A stretch of DNA of 64,000 nt from a virus (IMGVR_UViG_3300030616_000017:83159-147158); one strand, 5' to 3'. Numbered from the stretch's first letter, positions 45,147 through 56,264 are shown. Numbers and translations: made by a program. The notes: generated from the sequence alone by a model not told the origin.

Positions 45147-47387
45147 ATGAAGGTAAATGAAGGAACAAGACGCGTTGAAACAAGTGGGCTAGAAGCGCAG
45201 GATTTCAAAATCCAGACTTCTGCAAAAGCCTTTGAAATCCTCAGCTCTGGTCTGTACAACGATAAGATACAGGCTGTAATAAGGGAGCTGTGCTGTAATG
45301 CGTATGATGCTCACGTGGCTGCAGGGAAAAAAGATGTCCCATTTGAGGTACATCTTCCCAACACCTTAGAGCCTTTTCTTGCAGTGAAGGATTATGGAAC
45401 AGGCCTTTGCGAAGATGATATATACGAACTTTATACCACTTATTTTAGCTCCGATAAAACAGACTCTAATCTGTTTGTAGGAGCTTTGGGGCTTGGATCT
45501 AAATCTCCTTTTGCAGTAACAGATCAGTTTACTGTGGAGAGTCGTTTCGAAGGAACTAAAAGTCTTTACACATGTTTTATCTCGGAAAACAAAACCCCGC
45601 AAGTAGCAAAGGTATTTTCTGAAGATACGGAGGAAGCAAACGGCCTAACTGTTCAAGTGGCTGTTTCTTCTTCTTTTACTCAGTATGGAGAATCAGCAAA
45701 AAGAGTGCTTCGTCCTTTTTCTCCACTTCCTACAGTTGTCGGGGGGATGGAAAAGTTCGAAATTGAATCATACGAAAGCAACGAAAAGGTAAAGGGCGCA
45801 GGGTGGAGAGTAATCAACGATAATTCCACTGATTGGAGAATCTCAAGTGTTGTAGCCGTGCAAGGAAATGTAGAATACCCTCTTACAGCGAACGCCATAA
45901 ATGAGGAAGAAGATGAGGATGCTTTGCAAGATTTCTTAAATAGCTTCACAAGTTCAACTCGTCTTATTATTCAGTTTCCAATCGGTACATTAGATGTAGC
46001 AGCCTCTCGTGAAGAACTCTCTCTTAATAAGCAGACGATGAAGAATGTAGCGAAAAGGCTGAAAAAAGTCAAAGAAGAATTTTTCGCTCACCTGCAAGAA
46101 AAGATTGACAAGTGCGAATCTGAACTCGACGTGCTTGCATTGGTAAACACCTTTCAGAGAACTAACATGAAGAATATGATTAGGGGCTTTACATGGAGAG
46201 GAGTAAAAATAGATAACGTTCTTACCATTAACACTCGCAATTATGATAAGATGGTGCTGCTTCTGGAAAAGAGAAACGGCTACGGCTACGGAAGCGGCCG
46301 TCAAGTACTAGCCACACAGTACTCTCACTCCTCTTTTAGCCTGCGGTACCACGCAAATTGTACATGGCGGTTTGTGTACTACGATTACGATACAGAGGCT
46401 CGGAGAAAAGGAATTCCCAAGCTTAAAAATATTATTCGCAACGACGTACATAACAAACCCGTATTTGTAGTGTTTGATGACCTGCAGTTCCTCTCTCTTT
46501 TCAAGGGAAATATTCCGTATGAAAATCTTTCAGAAATTGAAGACCCTTTTGCAAATACAGACCAGTCACCTTCTTCTGCCTCAACAGACTCACAGGCTAA
46601 CAAACCTCTTTACAAGTGGTTTCAGGTGTTCAATAGAGACGCAGTGCAGTTGAAGGGCATAAAGTTCAGCCGCAACACTTTTATCAACGAAATTCAAGAA
46701 CAGACTTCTAAAAAAATTCTATACGTAATTTCTAAAGGGGTAAAGAAAGTAGAAATGAAAGAGAAGGTTGTAGAGGAGGATATGCTCAGACGAAATCTCA
46801 CCACAATTAAAAAAGAGTATCCTTCTCTTGCACGAAAAGTCTTCTATCCAGCTATTGTAAGAGTTACAAGAGGGGAAGCGGCTAAGAGCCATATTAAGAA
46901 CAACCCTCAAATGGTAAAGCTGGAAGATGCTATAGAGGGGCTTGTAAAAAGAGATATAAAGAAGGGAGTAAAAGCAAGAGTCATCTCGGAGCTTAACGAA
47001 TTGTTGAACAGATCTTGGGCACCATTCATGGTTCAGTTTTACAAGAAAGCAACAATGAATAAGATTGATGTAGAGAAGCTCCTGCAAGCAAATAGCTCTT
47101 TTCTCAAAGCATACAGAGAAGTGAAAAGGGTGGCAGCATATGTAGACCGAACGCCCTTATCTAGAGTTAGAGAGGAATACAGCAATGCACTTGAAAACTT
47201 TGACAGCTTGATTCATGGAAACACAAGAGTGAGAAAAAACAAGGTAAACTCAGAAGTACTTCGGGATCATTGGCACGCACTAAATACAACATACCCTCTC
47301 ATAAGTTGTGTTGACGGCGATGTGTACAGAGTAAACAATATGGTTCACTTCCTCCACTACGTCAATGCAATTGATGAAAAAAGTTGA
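45147..47387 (+). CDS. rIIA: rIIA-like protein (GHKL ATPase N-terminus)
   Basis: LSSGLY, RELCCNAYDA, DYGTG, GALGLGSKSPF, SREEL. Confidence 0.88.
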   Translation: MKVNEGTRRVETSGLEAQDFKIQTSAKAFEILSSGLYNDKIQAVIRELCCNAYDAHVAAGKKDVPFEVHLPNTLEPFLAVKDYGTGLCEDDIYELYTTYFSSDKTDSNLFVGALGLGSKSPFAVTDQFTVESRFEGTKSLYTCFISENKTPQVAKVFSEDTEEANGLTVQVAVSSSFTQYGESAKRVLRPFSPLPTVVGGMEKFEIESYESNEKVKGAGWRVINDNSTDWRISSVVAVQGNVEYPLTANAINEEEDEDALQDFLNSFTSSTRLIIQFPIGTLDVAASREELSLNKQTMKNVAKRLKKVKEEFFAHLQEKIDKCESELDVLALVNTFQRTNMKNMIRGFTWRGVKIDNVLTINTRNYDKMVLLLEKRNGYGYGSGRQVLATQYSHSSFSLRYHANCTWRFVYYDYDTEARRKGIPKLKNIIRNDVHNKPVFVVFDDLQFLSLFKGNIPYENLSEIEDPFANTDQSPSSASTDSQANKPLYKWFQVFNRDAVQLKGIKFSRNTFINEIQEQTSKKILYVISKGVKKVEMKEKVVEEDMLRRNLTTIKKEYPSLARKVFYPAIVRVTRGEAAKSHIKNNPQMVKLEDAIEGLVKRDIKKGVKARVISELNELLNRSWAPFMVQFYKKATMNKIDVEKLLQANSSFLKAYREVKRVAAYVDRTPLSRVREEYSNALENFDSLIHGNTRVRKNKVNSEVLRDHWHALNTTYPLISCVDGDVYRVNNMVHFLHYVNAIDEKS

Positions 47388-47449
47388 AAAAATTACTTTA
47401 CAAAATGTAAAAAAGTTGTTATATTATATTATATAAGAGGAGGACGAAA

Positions 47450-48628
47450 ATGAAAGATTTGAAGTACGTAATTACAGCAAATGCAGCTGTAGTGATTGTT
47501 GGAGGAAAGGTTAAAAACATTCCTTCCTCCCACCCAAACTTTCACATATTGGTGGAAGTTCTAAGAAGTGGAGCCCCTCATCAGGAGAAGCTCGGCGCAA
47601 TAGAAGCGCTGACAGATCTGGCGGGAGAGATAGAGAGTTACTGTGAGGGAAGGCTCACTATCAAGCAAGGAGCTATGTATTACAAGGATAAAGTAATATA
47701 TGGTCAGTTGGTAGATAGGATCCTGAAAATGAGAGAAGCAGGAGCTCCCGCTCAGCATCTTTTGAATTTTTTGGACAACCTCCTGACGAACCCTTCGGAG
47801 GAGTCCCGCAAAGACCTTTATCGTTTTCTGGAGAAGAACAATCTGCCTATTACCAGCGACGGCCACTTTCTTGCTTACAAGAAAATCAACGATGACTACA
47901 CGGATCTTCGCAGCGGAACCTTTGACAACAGCATTGGGGCAGTAGTGAAGATGGACCGGGCTAAAGTAGACCCTGATCGTAATCAGACCTGTTCAAGTGG
48001 TCTTCATGCTGCTTCCCTTTCGTACATGCAGCATTACGGTACAGCGCCCTCTACCAAAATAATCATTGTAAAGATCAACCCAGCAGACGTAGTGTCTGTG
48101 CCGGTTGACTATGACGACGCAAAACTGCGCTGCTGCCAGTACGAGGTTATCGCGGAGATGGAAGATAAAGAATCTGTAAAGCTGCGCGACTATGCTGTAG
48201 AGGATGATGAAGATCTGTTTACGGAAAGAAAGGATGAAGAACCTGAGTTTGTAGATGCCTTCGACGATGACGATGAATTCCTCTACGATGATTACGATGG
48301 GGAATATGATGAAGAGGTTGAAGAGCTTGAAGAGCTTGAAGCCGACAACATTGTTTATAACAAGTATGTACGGTGGTCTAGCTCCTCTGTGCTGAAAGAA
48401 GGGTTTGTAGTCGCATCTGTTGACTCACATCGCAGCGCTAAAGAGGTGCTGGAAGCAGCTGAAGCCCTTGATCCTAACCTCAGCAAGGTACGTAAAGCAG
48501 TTTTTAACAAAGCAAAAGATGTGTCTTCTGTCGATAGGCTGCTGGTTATGGTAACTCGGATTGATGCAAACGAAGTTACTCCGATCTTTTATCTACCTCA
48601 GAAAGGTGTGGTAGAAGTTTTCGAATAA
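47450..48628 (+). CDS. rIIB: rIIB-like protein
   Basis: PITSDGHFLAYK, TCSSGLH, NPADVVSVP.DY..KLRCCQY. Confidence 0.88.
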   Translation: MKDLKYVITANAAVVIVGGKVKNIPSSHPNFHILVEVLRSGAPHQEKLGAIEALTDLAGEIESYCEGRLTIKQGAMYYKDKVIYGQLVDRILKMREAGAPAQHLLNFLDNLLTNPSEESRKDLYRFLEKNNLPITSDGHFLAYKKINDDYTDLRSGTFDNSIGAVVKMDRAKVDPDRNQTCSSGLHAASLSYMQHYGTAPSTKIIIVKINPADVVSVPVDYDDAKLRCCQYEVIAEMEDKESVKLRDYAVEDDEDLFTERKDEEPEFVDAFDDDDEFLYDDYDGEYDEEVEELEELEADNIVYNKYVRWSSSSVLKEGFVVASVDSHRSAKEVLEAAEALDPNLSKVRKAVFNKAKDVSSVDRLLVMVTRIDANEVTPIFYLPQKGVVEVFE

Positions 48629-48725
48629 GAGAAGAACATCCCGTTGGGTGATAAGAAAGGAGAGAGTTGTGAGCGGGCACAGCAAAGCTCTCTCCTCTTA
48701 CCTTAAACTGCAAAGGAGATATAAA

Positions 48726-48908
48726 ATGGGTGCAACAGGTTTTTGGGTTATGTTTTTACTTGTTATTGCTGGATTGATTTACGCTGAAGGAGTGGTTCTT
48801 CTGATAAAGAATTATGTTCGAAACCACTCAACTGAATATGTAGGGAAGGATTTTGCCGACAGAAACTCCACACTTAAAAACCAGGATGTAAAGGAGCGTA
48901 CAAAATGA
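48726..48908 (+). CDS. small membrane protein
   Basis: AAGGAG SD before MGATGFW; one TM. Confidence 0.55.
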   Translation: MGATGFWVMFLLVIAGLIYAEGVVLLIKNYVRNHSTEYVGKDFADRNSTLKNQDVKERTK

Positions 48909-49450
48909 TTAAAGGTGTAAATGAAAGAGGGGAAGAGGTGGAGGTTGAAAAAGCTACCATTCGATTCTTTGGTACAGAAATTGTACGAAATACAGATCGC
49001 AAGGGAGATTTCAAAAGCTTTACTTCCAGGTCCTGGGTAAAAGATGGAGGAGAAAAGGTATATGTAGATATGAAGATTACTGATCTCAAACATCTCTTTC
49101 CTAATTACGATTCCTCTAAGAGGATAATACAAGAAGAAAAGAAAGGGAAAATGAAAAAAGCTACTGAATGGAGCTGCGAGGTTACTACAAGCGGCGACAA
49201 TGTATTGTTAAACGGAGAACAACTTGAAATACTATCATCGGCTATAAAACGTCATGTTCCTGTAGAGATCAAGCACTCTCAGTATTATTATATATTTGAT
49301 AAAGTCTTTAGAAGAAATGATAAGTTTAAAAACAACTATTATTACTTCTCGGAAAAGAAAAAGAAGTTAGTTGATATGGGAGTATCTCCTATGGATGCTC
49401 CATCAAAGGCAGACTTAGAAAATTGGATAAGATCACAGGAGGAAAATTAA
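48905..49450 (+). CDS. hypothetical protein
   Basis: ORF with SD. Confidence 0.65.
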   Translation: MIKGVNERGEEVEVEKATIRFFGTEIVRNTDRKGDFKSFTSRSWVKDGGEKVYVDMKITDLKHLFPNYDSSKRIIQEEKKGKMKKATEWSCEVTTSGDNVLLNGEQLEILSSAIKRHVPVEIKHSQYYYIFDKVFRRNDKFKNNYYYFSEKKKKLVDMGVSPMDAPSKADLENWIRSQEEN

Positions 49451-50317
49451 ATGAGAGACTACAGTCAGATAGTTGAAAAGGATCGAGTGCAGGCAAGAGC
49501 GGAACTGGACTTCCCGGTAGAAAGAATTGAACTGGTTACAGCAGACGATTCGCATGACAGAGTTGGACGTATGCTGGTAAAGAGAACAGATGCTCTGGAT
49601 AGAGCTTCTGAAGGACTGGGCGTTGTAAAGAGTACTCGGCCCCATCTTCCTTTCCCCATGATTATGGATTGGATGACACGGGAACTTGACGCAGCAAATC
49701 TTGCATACAAGCTCAAGGAAAGCATGGTAACAAAAAAGGGTGAGATGTATCAGGAATACATCTTTGATAAGAACCTCGACACGCCAGATGGAGAGGGCAT
49801 TGCTCCTATGATGATTGTGAAGGGGTCGTATGTAGATACTCCGATGGAAGCCTTCTTCGGAACGTATCGTTTCACATGTGCCAATGGCGTGATTGTAGGA
49901 GAAACGATTTCCAAGATCACCGTCAAGCCTAATGTGATGGATCTCATTCAGACTTCCATTACAGATGATCTGGCTATGAAGATTGATCAGTTTGCAAAGG
50001 TGCAGGATCTGTATCATAACCTGCAGGCTGAAGATTTCCAGCCATACCTCTTCACTCTCTTCTCCGATATGTATGTAGGGGCTAAGATGAAGAAAGAAAT
50101 TCTTAACATGCTGATAGCAGATGGGAATGTAAGAGTGACACAAGAAAAGATTCGTTCCGCTGATCTGGAAAGGCCTGAAGAGCTTATGGATATTGTCAAC
50201 AGTATTACAGCATGGGAATTCTACAACATAGCTACTCAGGTGGCTACAAGACATTCACGCTCCGTGCAGACCCGGATGCGTAATTATTCTCGCATATCTA
50301 AGGACTTCCGTATTTAG
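49451..50317 (+). CDS. DUF932-like protein
   Basis: SYVD..., GTYRFTCANG, TAWEFYNIAT. Confidence 0.65.
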   Translation: MRDYSQIVEKDRVQARAELDFPVERIELVTADDSHDRVGRMLVKRTDALDRASEGLGVVKSTRPHLPFPMIMDWMTRELDAANLAYKLKESMVTKKGEMYQEYIFDKNLDTPDGEGIAPMMIVKGSYVDTPMEAFFGTYRFTCANGVIVGETISKITVKPNVMDLIQTSITDDLAMKIDQFAKVQDLYHNLQAEDFQPYLFTLFSDMYVGAKMKKEILNMLIADGNVRVTQEKIRSADLERPEELMDIVNSITAWEFYNIATQVATRHSRSVQTRMRNYSRISKDFRI

Positions 50318-50356
50318 GTTGCCTCCTTTTATAAATGAGAAGTCCTTTTAATAGTT

Positions 50357-50391
50357 AGAGGGGGCACCACCCACCCCGCCCCCTCTTTTTT
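50357..50391 (+). terminator. intrinsic terminator
   Basis: AGAGGGGGC...GCCCCCTCT + T run. Confidence 0.75.
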
Positions 50392-50409
50392 AAACACAAG
50401 GAGAAAAAA

Positions 50410-50643
50410 ATGGAAAACGAAGTAACTGACAGAGTAGCAATGGAAGATTATTCAGTGATTGAGAAAGACCACTACAAACTGGTCATAGACGCTGATGGGG
50501 ATACACTCTTTACTGTCCCTTTCTCTTTTGATAATGCTATTATTCTTCATATGGTTGCTGTGTACAACAAGGCTTGGGGAGAAGGAGTTGAGTATGGAAA
50601 GAGACAACTTCGTTACGGCTTAAAAAGCTTATTGGACATGTAA
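50410..50643 (+). CDS. hypothetical protein
   Basis: ORF with SD. Confidence 0.6.
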   Translation: MENEVTDRVAMEDYSVIEKDHYKLVIDADGDTLFTVPFSFDNAIILHMVAVYNKAWGEGVEYGKRQLRYGLKSLLDM

Positions 50644-50688
50644 TTTACATTTCACATATTTTTCGTTATATTATAAGTAGGAGGAACA

Positions 50689-51852
50689 ATGCATACAATT
50701 CATGAACGCCCTTTAGTCTTTAATCAGATGACAGGGCAGCCCCTTATTTTGAAAGAATTCAAAAGTCGATCGAAAGATCTTTCTTTTGCTAATAATATGT
50801 TATTTGTTGGGCAGAGCGGTAGTGGAAAGAGTACAGCAGCTTTCATCATTGCTAAACTTCTTAACTGCCACAACCCCATTCTTAATGAAGAAGGGTATTA
50901 CGAGCCTTGTAATGAATGCAAATCTTGCAAAGCTGTAATTGATCAAACATACAATAGAGACATTTCTTATTTGGATGCTACGTATATGGGAAAAGCTGAA
51001 GTGGAGTCTCTAAGAGAAAAGACTCGCATTAGACCCTCATATGATAAGAACAAGATAATCATTATCGATGAAGCGCATCTTTTGAACAGCAAAGAAGCAA
51101 GAGGGGGGATGCTTACCCTTACAGAACAGAAGAACCCAAATGTGTTCTTTATCCTTTGCACCACCGACAGCTCTAAATTCGATCAAGCCTTTCGTTCTCG
51201 CTTTATTCAATATAAGTTCAAAGAGGTGGGGGAAAAGGATATGGGCCTCTACCTTATTGAACAATTGAAGAAAAAGGAAGAGGTGCAAGAAGAAAGAATT
51301 GAAGAGATAGCTCAGTCAGGCATTTTGGTTACTATAGTGGAGAATGCTTATGGCTCCGTTAGACAAGCTCTTCAGTATCTGGATAGAGTTCTTCAAGCGG
51401 AACTTACAACAGTGGAAGAAGTGGAGGAAGAGTTTGGTTTTATTTCTTCAGCTAAAGTATTTATGTTCATAGATATGCTGATGGCAGGAAATGCGCAGGC
51501 TTTCTGGTCAAATCTTTCTAACTATTCCGACCCCTCTCAAGTGTATTATTATCTAAGTACTATCGCTCAGAGTATTGCTAAGCTTGACATAGGTTATGAA
51601 GATAGTAAAAAGGAAACCCACACTCGCCTGAAAAAGAATATATTGGAGAAGTATAGAACCAACTTCTACGTTCTTTACAACTCTCTTGTGCAACTTCATA
51701 AAGATATGCCTTCTTACTTTAGTCGGTATCTTTTTGAGAGTGCTATGATATCTTATTTCAAACGATTGAAAGGAAAGACAGCAGGAGAAATAGTGTTGGA
51801 AAAAAAAGAAAGTGCACCTGCTAGACGGCCTGTTAGGAGACCCGTCAGATGA
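50689..51852 (+). CDS. dnaX: DNA polymerase III gamma/tau-like clamp loader
   Basis: GQSGSGKST, LNC..PCNECKSC, IIDEAH, FILCTT, GSVR. Confidence 0.88.
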   Translation: MHTIHERPLVFNQMTGQPLILKEFKSRSKDLSFANNMLFVGQSGSGKSTAAFIIAKLLNCHNPILNEEGYYEPCNECKSCKAVIDQTYNRDISYLDATYMGKAEVESLREKTRIRPSYDKNKIIIIDEAHLLNSKEARGGMLTLTEQKNPNVFFILCTTDSSKFDQAFRSRFIQYKFKEVGEKDMGLYLIEQLKKKEEVQEERIEEIAQSGILVTIVENAYGSVRQALQYLDRVLQAELTTVEEVEEEFGFISSAKVFMFIDMLMAGNAQAFWSNLSNYSDPSQVYYYLSTIAQSIAKLDIGYEDSKKETHTRLKKNILEKYRTNFYVLYNSLVQLHKDMPSYFSRYLFESAMISYFKRLKGKTAGEIVLEKKESAPARRPVRRPVR

Positions 51853-52844
51853 TTGAACTAGACCCTGAAACAGTAGTAAGGGATTTAGGAATTGAATATA
51901 CAGATAAAGGTTCATATATTCAATTCCGCTGTATCAACCCAGAACACGAAGACAAGAATCCTTCTATGACAATGCTCAAAGCAAATGGATACTGTAGGTG
52001 CTGGACATGTGGAGCCTCCTATTCGCTTATGAGTTTCATTTATGCTGTTACAGGAAAAAGCCCCTATGATTACTTAGGTATAAAGGATAAGAGTTCATTT
52101 CGCTTTAACAACGCTCTTAGTAAAGCTCTAACAAAGAAGCCGCAGAGAGAGGTAGCAAGAAGGCTACAAGTAAAGGGAATGTTGAGAGATCCTTTGAAAA
52201 ATCCAGAAGTGGCAAGTTTTGTGCAAAACACCCTATATTCCACCCCCCTTACCGTTAAAACGTTTGAAATCACCTATGTTTTCCAGGCTGAGATAGGATT
52301 TTTATCGCAAGATAATCTCACCTTCATGCGTCATCGTATATGCATTCCTTTGAAAGAAAAAGGAAAGGTAGTGAATATGGAGTGTAGGGATTATACAGGT
52401 AACCAAAAACCTAAAGTGCTGTATCCTAAAGGAGGCAAAAGCGATATACTATTCAATTATGATAACTTAGATCGCACAAAGCCTCTTATAGTGGTAGAGG
52501 GAATAAAGAGCGCTCTTCGTCTCTGGACTCATGTTACAAAAAATGTAACAGCTACTCTTGGAGCAAGTATAGGAAAGAGACAGAAAGAGTTGTTGAAAGA
52601 GTTTGATCATCTTGTGGTGTTTGCTGATAGCGATGAAGCAGGACGAAATATGGTAAAGCAATTAGAAGAGGCTCTTCCAAAGGAGTTCGATGTAGCTTTT
52701 ATGCAAAGAGAGGGATGGGACCCAGCAGACGGCTCCCTTCAAGATGTGGCCGATGCTCTTTATGCCGCTAAGCCCGTTTCCAAGTACTTAACAGATAAAT
52801 ATGATTTGTTTGAATCTGAAAAGTTTCAAAAACTGAGGTGGTAA
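51849..52844 (+). CDS. DNA primase (Zn finger + TOPRIM)
   Basis: C..H.DKNPS...CWTCG, VVEG, DSDEAG, DP. Confidence 0.88.
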   Translation: MIELDPETVVRDLGIEYTDKGSYIQFRCINPEHEDKNPSMTMLKANGYCRCWTCGASYSLMSFIYAVTGKSPYDYLGIKDKSSFRFNNALSKALTKKPQREVARRLQVKGMLRDPLKNPEVASFVQNTLYSTPLTVKTFEITYVFQAEIGFLSQDNLTFMRHRICIPLKEKGKVVNMECRDYTGNQKPKVLYPKGGKSDILFNYDNLDRTKPLIVVEGIKSALRLWTHVTKNVTATLGASIGKRQKELLKEFDHLVVFADSDEAGRNMVKQLEEALPKEFDVAFMQREGWDPADGSLQDVADALYAAKPVSKYLTDKYDLFESEKFQKLRW

Positions 52845-53443
52845 TGATGTTTGAAATTGAGAAAACTTTCAAAAATAAACTTAAAAAAATTCAAGAAATA
52901 GAAGCCTTAACAAAACAAGAACAAGAGAACTTACTAACTGGTTTTAACACCTCTTTCAAGTATTATTGGGACGTATATAAGAAGTACGGAAAGAAAAAGA
53001 CTTTTAGATTTAAGAATATGAAAATAGCAAATATTTTTGCCCAATATGATTTGAATTTTAAGAAGGTACCCACCCTTACCCTTACTTATTTGTATCCTTC
53101 CGCTTTTCTTCCCTTTCTCATTTTTCCTTTTCTTACTATCCTATCTGGGGGGCTTCATTTTATATGGCCAGGAACTTTTCTTTCTACCGTGTTATTACTC
53201 GCTTTTATTTCTGCTGTCGCAACGACTACAATTGGAGTTGCGGTGTGGTGGGCAGAAGGAATTCCTGCTAAACATATCGACAGTGAAGATATTTATAAAA
53301 TATACGGAATAGATGGTCTAAAAGAATTACATGATCTCATAAAAAAAGAAGCTCAAGCTGTGCTTCCTGATGAAGAAAATCATTATATTAAATTAGATAC
53401 AATTCAAGCAGAAAAAGAACTAGGAGATTACATATGGGGCTAA
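52844..53443 (+). CDS. membrane hypothetical protein
   Basis: Two TM segments. Confidence 0.6.
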   Translation: MMFEIEKTFKNKLKKIQEIEALTKQEQENLLTGFNTSFKYYWDVYKKYGKKKTFRFKNMKIANIFAQYDLNFKKVPTLTLTYLYPSAFLPFLIFPFLTILSGGLHFIWPGTFLSTVLLLAFISAVATTTIGVAVWWAEGIPAKHIDSEDIYKIYGIDGLKELHDLIKKEAQAVLPDEENHYIKLDTIQAEKELGDYIWG

Positions 53444-53949
53444 AACAAACTTTGAAAAAATATTTTTATAGGCTCCAAAGCTCCTAAATAATTTAAGACA
53501 ATTGTAATCATCCCCCCTACCACCACTCGCTTAGTCCATGTAAATTCTTTTTTCATTTCTTTTGTAAGTGTTTCTAAAGAGGATAATCTACTCTCTGTCC
53601 CCAGAGCTCTTCCATCTCCTGAGTGTTTATTCTGATCAATCTTTTCACTTAGAAGATGAATTGATCGATCGAAGTTAGTGTTTATCTTTTCTAGGGATTC
53701 AAGTATCTTATCATCCCCTTCTTTTGATTCTGTTTCTAGTTTTTTAATTTTGTTAACCAAAATCCCATGCTCTCTTTGATTGTTTTTTAGTAGAGAAGAG
53801 ATTTGATGGCTTAGTAATAAATAACCACCACAATGTTGGAAATCCCTATCGTCTGAGTGTAATAGAACGTCTTCTAAATCTTCCATATCTTTTGTTTTCT
53901 TGAACTCATTCATTATTGCTGAACTCACCTGCACATCCTTTCGTTTCAC
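53440..53949 (-). CDS. coiled-coil protein with C-terminal TM (XhlA/holin-accessory-like)
   Basis: Coiled coil then KRVVVGGMITIVLNYLG; ACTAATA motif upstream. Confidence 0.55.
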   Translation of the reverse strand: MKRKDVQVSSAIMNEFKKTKDMEDLEDVLLHSDDRDFQHCGGYLLLSHQISSLLKNNQREHGILVNKIKKLETESKEGDDKILESLEKINTNFDRSIHLLSEKIDQNKHSGDGRALGTESRLSSLETLTKEMKKEFTWTKRVVVGGMITIVLNYLGALEPIKIFFQSLF

Positions 53950-53996
53950 AATTAGAGTAGTTTATATACTATATTAGTACGGGGTAGGCTAAGAGC

Positions 53997-54584
53997 CTAT
54001 ACCCCATACTTAACATATTCTGAAAAACTTCCAAGAGTATCTATCTGATAATGAATATCGAATTCATAAAGAAGAGCATTTGCATCGAATGTATCTAATT
54101 CATCTCCACCCTCTCGAGAAAACTTCATTATAAGAACAGAAGATACACCGTAGTCTTCAGTGTCTTCTATTGCCGGAAACTCACTCATTTGCATAATAGT
54201 TCCACCTGTATATTCAAAAATATTTTTATAAACATAAATAGGAGTGAAAGCAGCCGGAACTGCTGCTCCATTGTCTACCCATTTATATTCAAGTTTCCAT
54301 CTTGGAAGTCCTGCTTCTGTTTGTCTCCAATGTACATGAGGAGATATAAGCGTTCCCGGTTCTCTATTATGAGGAAATTGTCCTATCATATATAATGTTT
54401 CGGTTGCATTGTTTGCAAAAGTATACCCTACATTAGCAGAATCAAAAGAAGGGTCAGATCCGAAACCAAAAATAGAGATTGTTGTAGCAGGGAACTTTAA
54501 ATCATCCCACACCGGCTGTCGAAGTAAGAATTTAATAGGTGTAAGAAAGTTTTGCCAAATACTTGTTTTCTTATTTACTGCCAT
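53997..54584 (-). CDS. putative virion protein
   Basis: Beta-rich, WDDL.FP...PHVHW...FDIHY; in late operon. Confidence 0.55.
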   Translation of the reverse strand: MAVNKKTSIWQNFLTPIKFLLRQPVWDDLKFPATTISIFGFGSDPSFDSANVGYTFANNATETLYMIGQFPHNREPGTLISPHVHWRQTEAGLPRWKLEYKWVDNGAAVPAAFTPIYVYKNIFEYTGGTIMQMSEFPAIEDTEDYGVSSVLIMKFSREGGDELDTFDANALLYEFDIHYQIDTLGSFSEYVKYGV

Positions 54585-54900
54585 AATTACCTCTCACGTC
54601 TACCCTTACCGCTGCCACAGCATTGTTGATAACCTTTATAGCGTTAGGGGCAATACAAGAGTCTTGAGTGGTATCTGATACAAGCCCATTACTCCAATCT
54701 ACCCATACAGCATCATCCGCTTCAATATCTTCATGAATAGATGTAGTGGCTTGTATTTTTGCTGATCCTGATCCATCTGGAAAAGAAACAGTAATTACTA
54801 ATGTTCCTATGTCATCATAGATTTCATACACATCACTTTCATCGTCAGATTCTGTAAGCTCAATTTTGGCTTCCGTTCTAATTTTATTAATTGTTGCCAT
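54571..54900 (-). CDS. putative virion protein
   Basis: Acidic beta-rich ORF in late operon. Confidence 0.55.
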   Translation of the reverse strand: MATINKIRTEAKIELTESDDESDVYEIYDDIGTLVITVSFPDGSGSAKIQATTSIHEDIEADDAVWVDWSNGLVSDTTQDSCIAPNAIKVINNAVAAVRVDVRGNYGSK

Positions 54901-54922
54901 TGTTTACGTTTGTCTCCTTGTT

Positions 54923-55669
54923 TTATATAAAGTAAATATTACCAGAAAATAATAATCTAAACCCCGATAAAGCAGATAGATTATCTCTTAATGCAAAAAA
55001 TATTTGATCTTGCTCACTTCCATAGAGCAAAACATTAGCTTTATTTTCTTCTACGAAGTCTCTCTGAAACTCAGTATAGTATTGATTATTTATTCCAGCA
55101 GAGCCATACTCAAACATAGAAGAGTGTAGTCTTATATTTCTATTAGATAAAATAGTAGGCCACAAGTATGTATAGTTAAGCTCGCCCTGAAATGTTCTTG
55201 CTGAAGCTAGAATACAGCCATCAGCTAATGCAGTTTGATCCCCAAACAAACCATCATGCGCTTCTGTAGCATGATATATCACTCCTCTTAAACTAATCAA
55301 CTGTACAATAGAAGAAGGAGAGTAGTTAATAAAAGAAAAGAATGTAAGACCCACTGCAGCATTTATATTAAGATCTATATTCACCCTCTTTACCACAGCA
55401 TTAGTCGTGTAGGTGCTTGCAAGAGGGGATTGTAATGAAATAACATTACCATTTACTGCTGTCACCTCTAACTGGATATAGTTTTTTCCTTCCCAAAACT
55501 CCAAATACTCACCTACTTGAGTCCCGTGGCCTGCTTCTAAGGTAACAGTAGTATTTCCAAAAGAGGTGGGAGAAGCAAGAGTTACATCTCCCAGTTTTTG
55601 ACTCATATAAAAATCAATTGCTATATTCTTTTTAGAAGCTTCTACTTCTTTCCATAATGATGTTATCAT
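54923..55669 (-). CDS. putative virion protein
   Basis: Beta-rich ORF with GAGG SD. Confidence 0.6.
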   Translation of the reverse strand: MITSLWKEVEASKKNIAIDFYMSQKLGDVTLASPTSFGNTTVTLEAGHGTQVGEYLEFWEGKNYIQLEVTAVNGNVISLQSPLASTYTTNAVVKRVNIDLNINAAVGLTFFSFINYSPSSIVQLISLRGVIYHATEAHDGLFGDQTALADGCILASARTFQGELNYTYLWPTILSNRNIRLHSSMFEYGSAGINNQYYTEFQRDFVEENKANVLLYGSEQDQIFFALRDNLSALSGFRLLFSGNIYFI

Positions 55670-55680
55670 TTTTTAACCTC

Positions 55681-56259
55681 CTAGTCTAAAAACTTTTGAA
55701 CTTCTTCTTCATCAATTACTTCTTCATAAAATTCTACATAGAGATAAAAAGGTTGAGCTTTAATCGGTTTTACTACAGTTCTCAGTCTCTTAAATGTGAA
55801 GACATAGTAACTATTCCCTATCAGCGTCCATTCTAATGGAACCCTTTCAAATTGATGTACCATAACTGAAAATAGTTTAATTGTACTCTCTTGTTCTTCC
55901 CATGAACAATTTTGATAAAAACTTAATAAAGGTTCTATATCTTTTTTACCCCTATGCTTATTATAAACAGCAATTGATTCCCCTTCATCTAAAACATTTG
56001 GAGCCTCATACATGGACAGTTCAATATTATCAGTACAAGATACTCTAAGTGTTAACCCCGCATAGAGAGAACAAAGATAAGGACAATCTGGAGTTTTTAC
56101 TAGTAAGTTTACTACAGCATTACCTTCTAAAGTTGTATTATCATTTAACTCAAAGAACTTACCTATTGTACTGAGGTGTCTTTCTAAACCGTAAGTAATA
56201 TAGCTTCCATCCCACGCCACCCGTCTGTGGTGATGAGGAGGGTGAATAATTCCACCCAT
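55681..56259 (-). CDS. hypothetical protein
   Basis: ORF in late operon. Confidence 0.6.
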   Translation of the reverse strand: MGGIIHPPHHHRRVAWDGSYITYGLERHLSTIGKFFELNDNTTLEGNAVVNLLVKTPDCPYLCSLYAGLTLRVSCTDNIELSMYEAPNVLDEGESIAVYNKHRGKKDIEPLLSFYQNCSWEEQESTIKLFSVMVHQFERVPLEWTLIGNSYYVFTFKRLRTVVKPIKAQPFYLYVEFYEEVIDEEEVQKFLD

Positions 56260-56264
56260 TCTTT

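Noticed and set aside
49433-50254. 273-aa minus-strand ORF
   Set aside because: Antisense to the DUF932-like gene; no SD or recognisable motifs.
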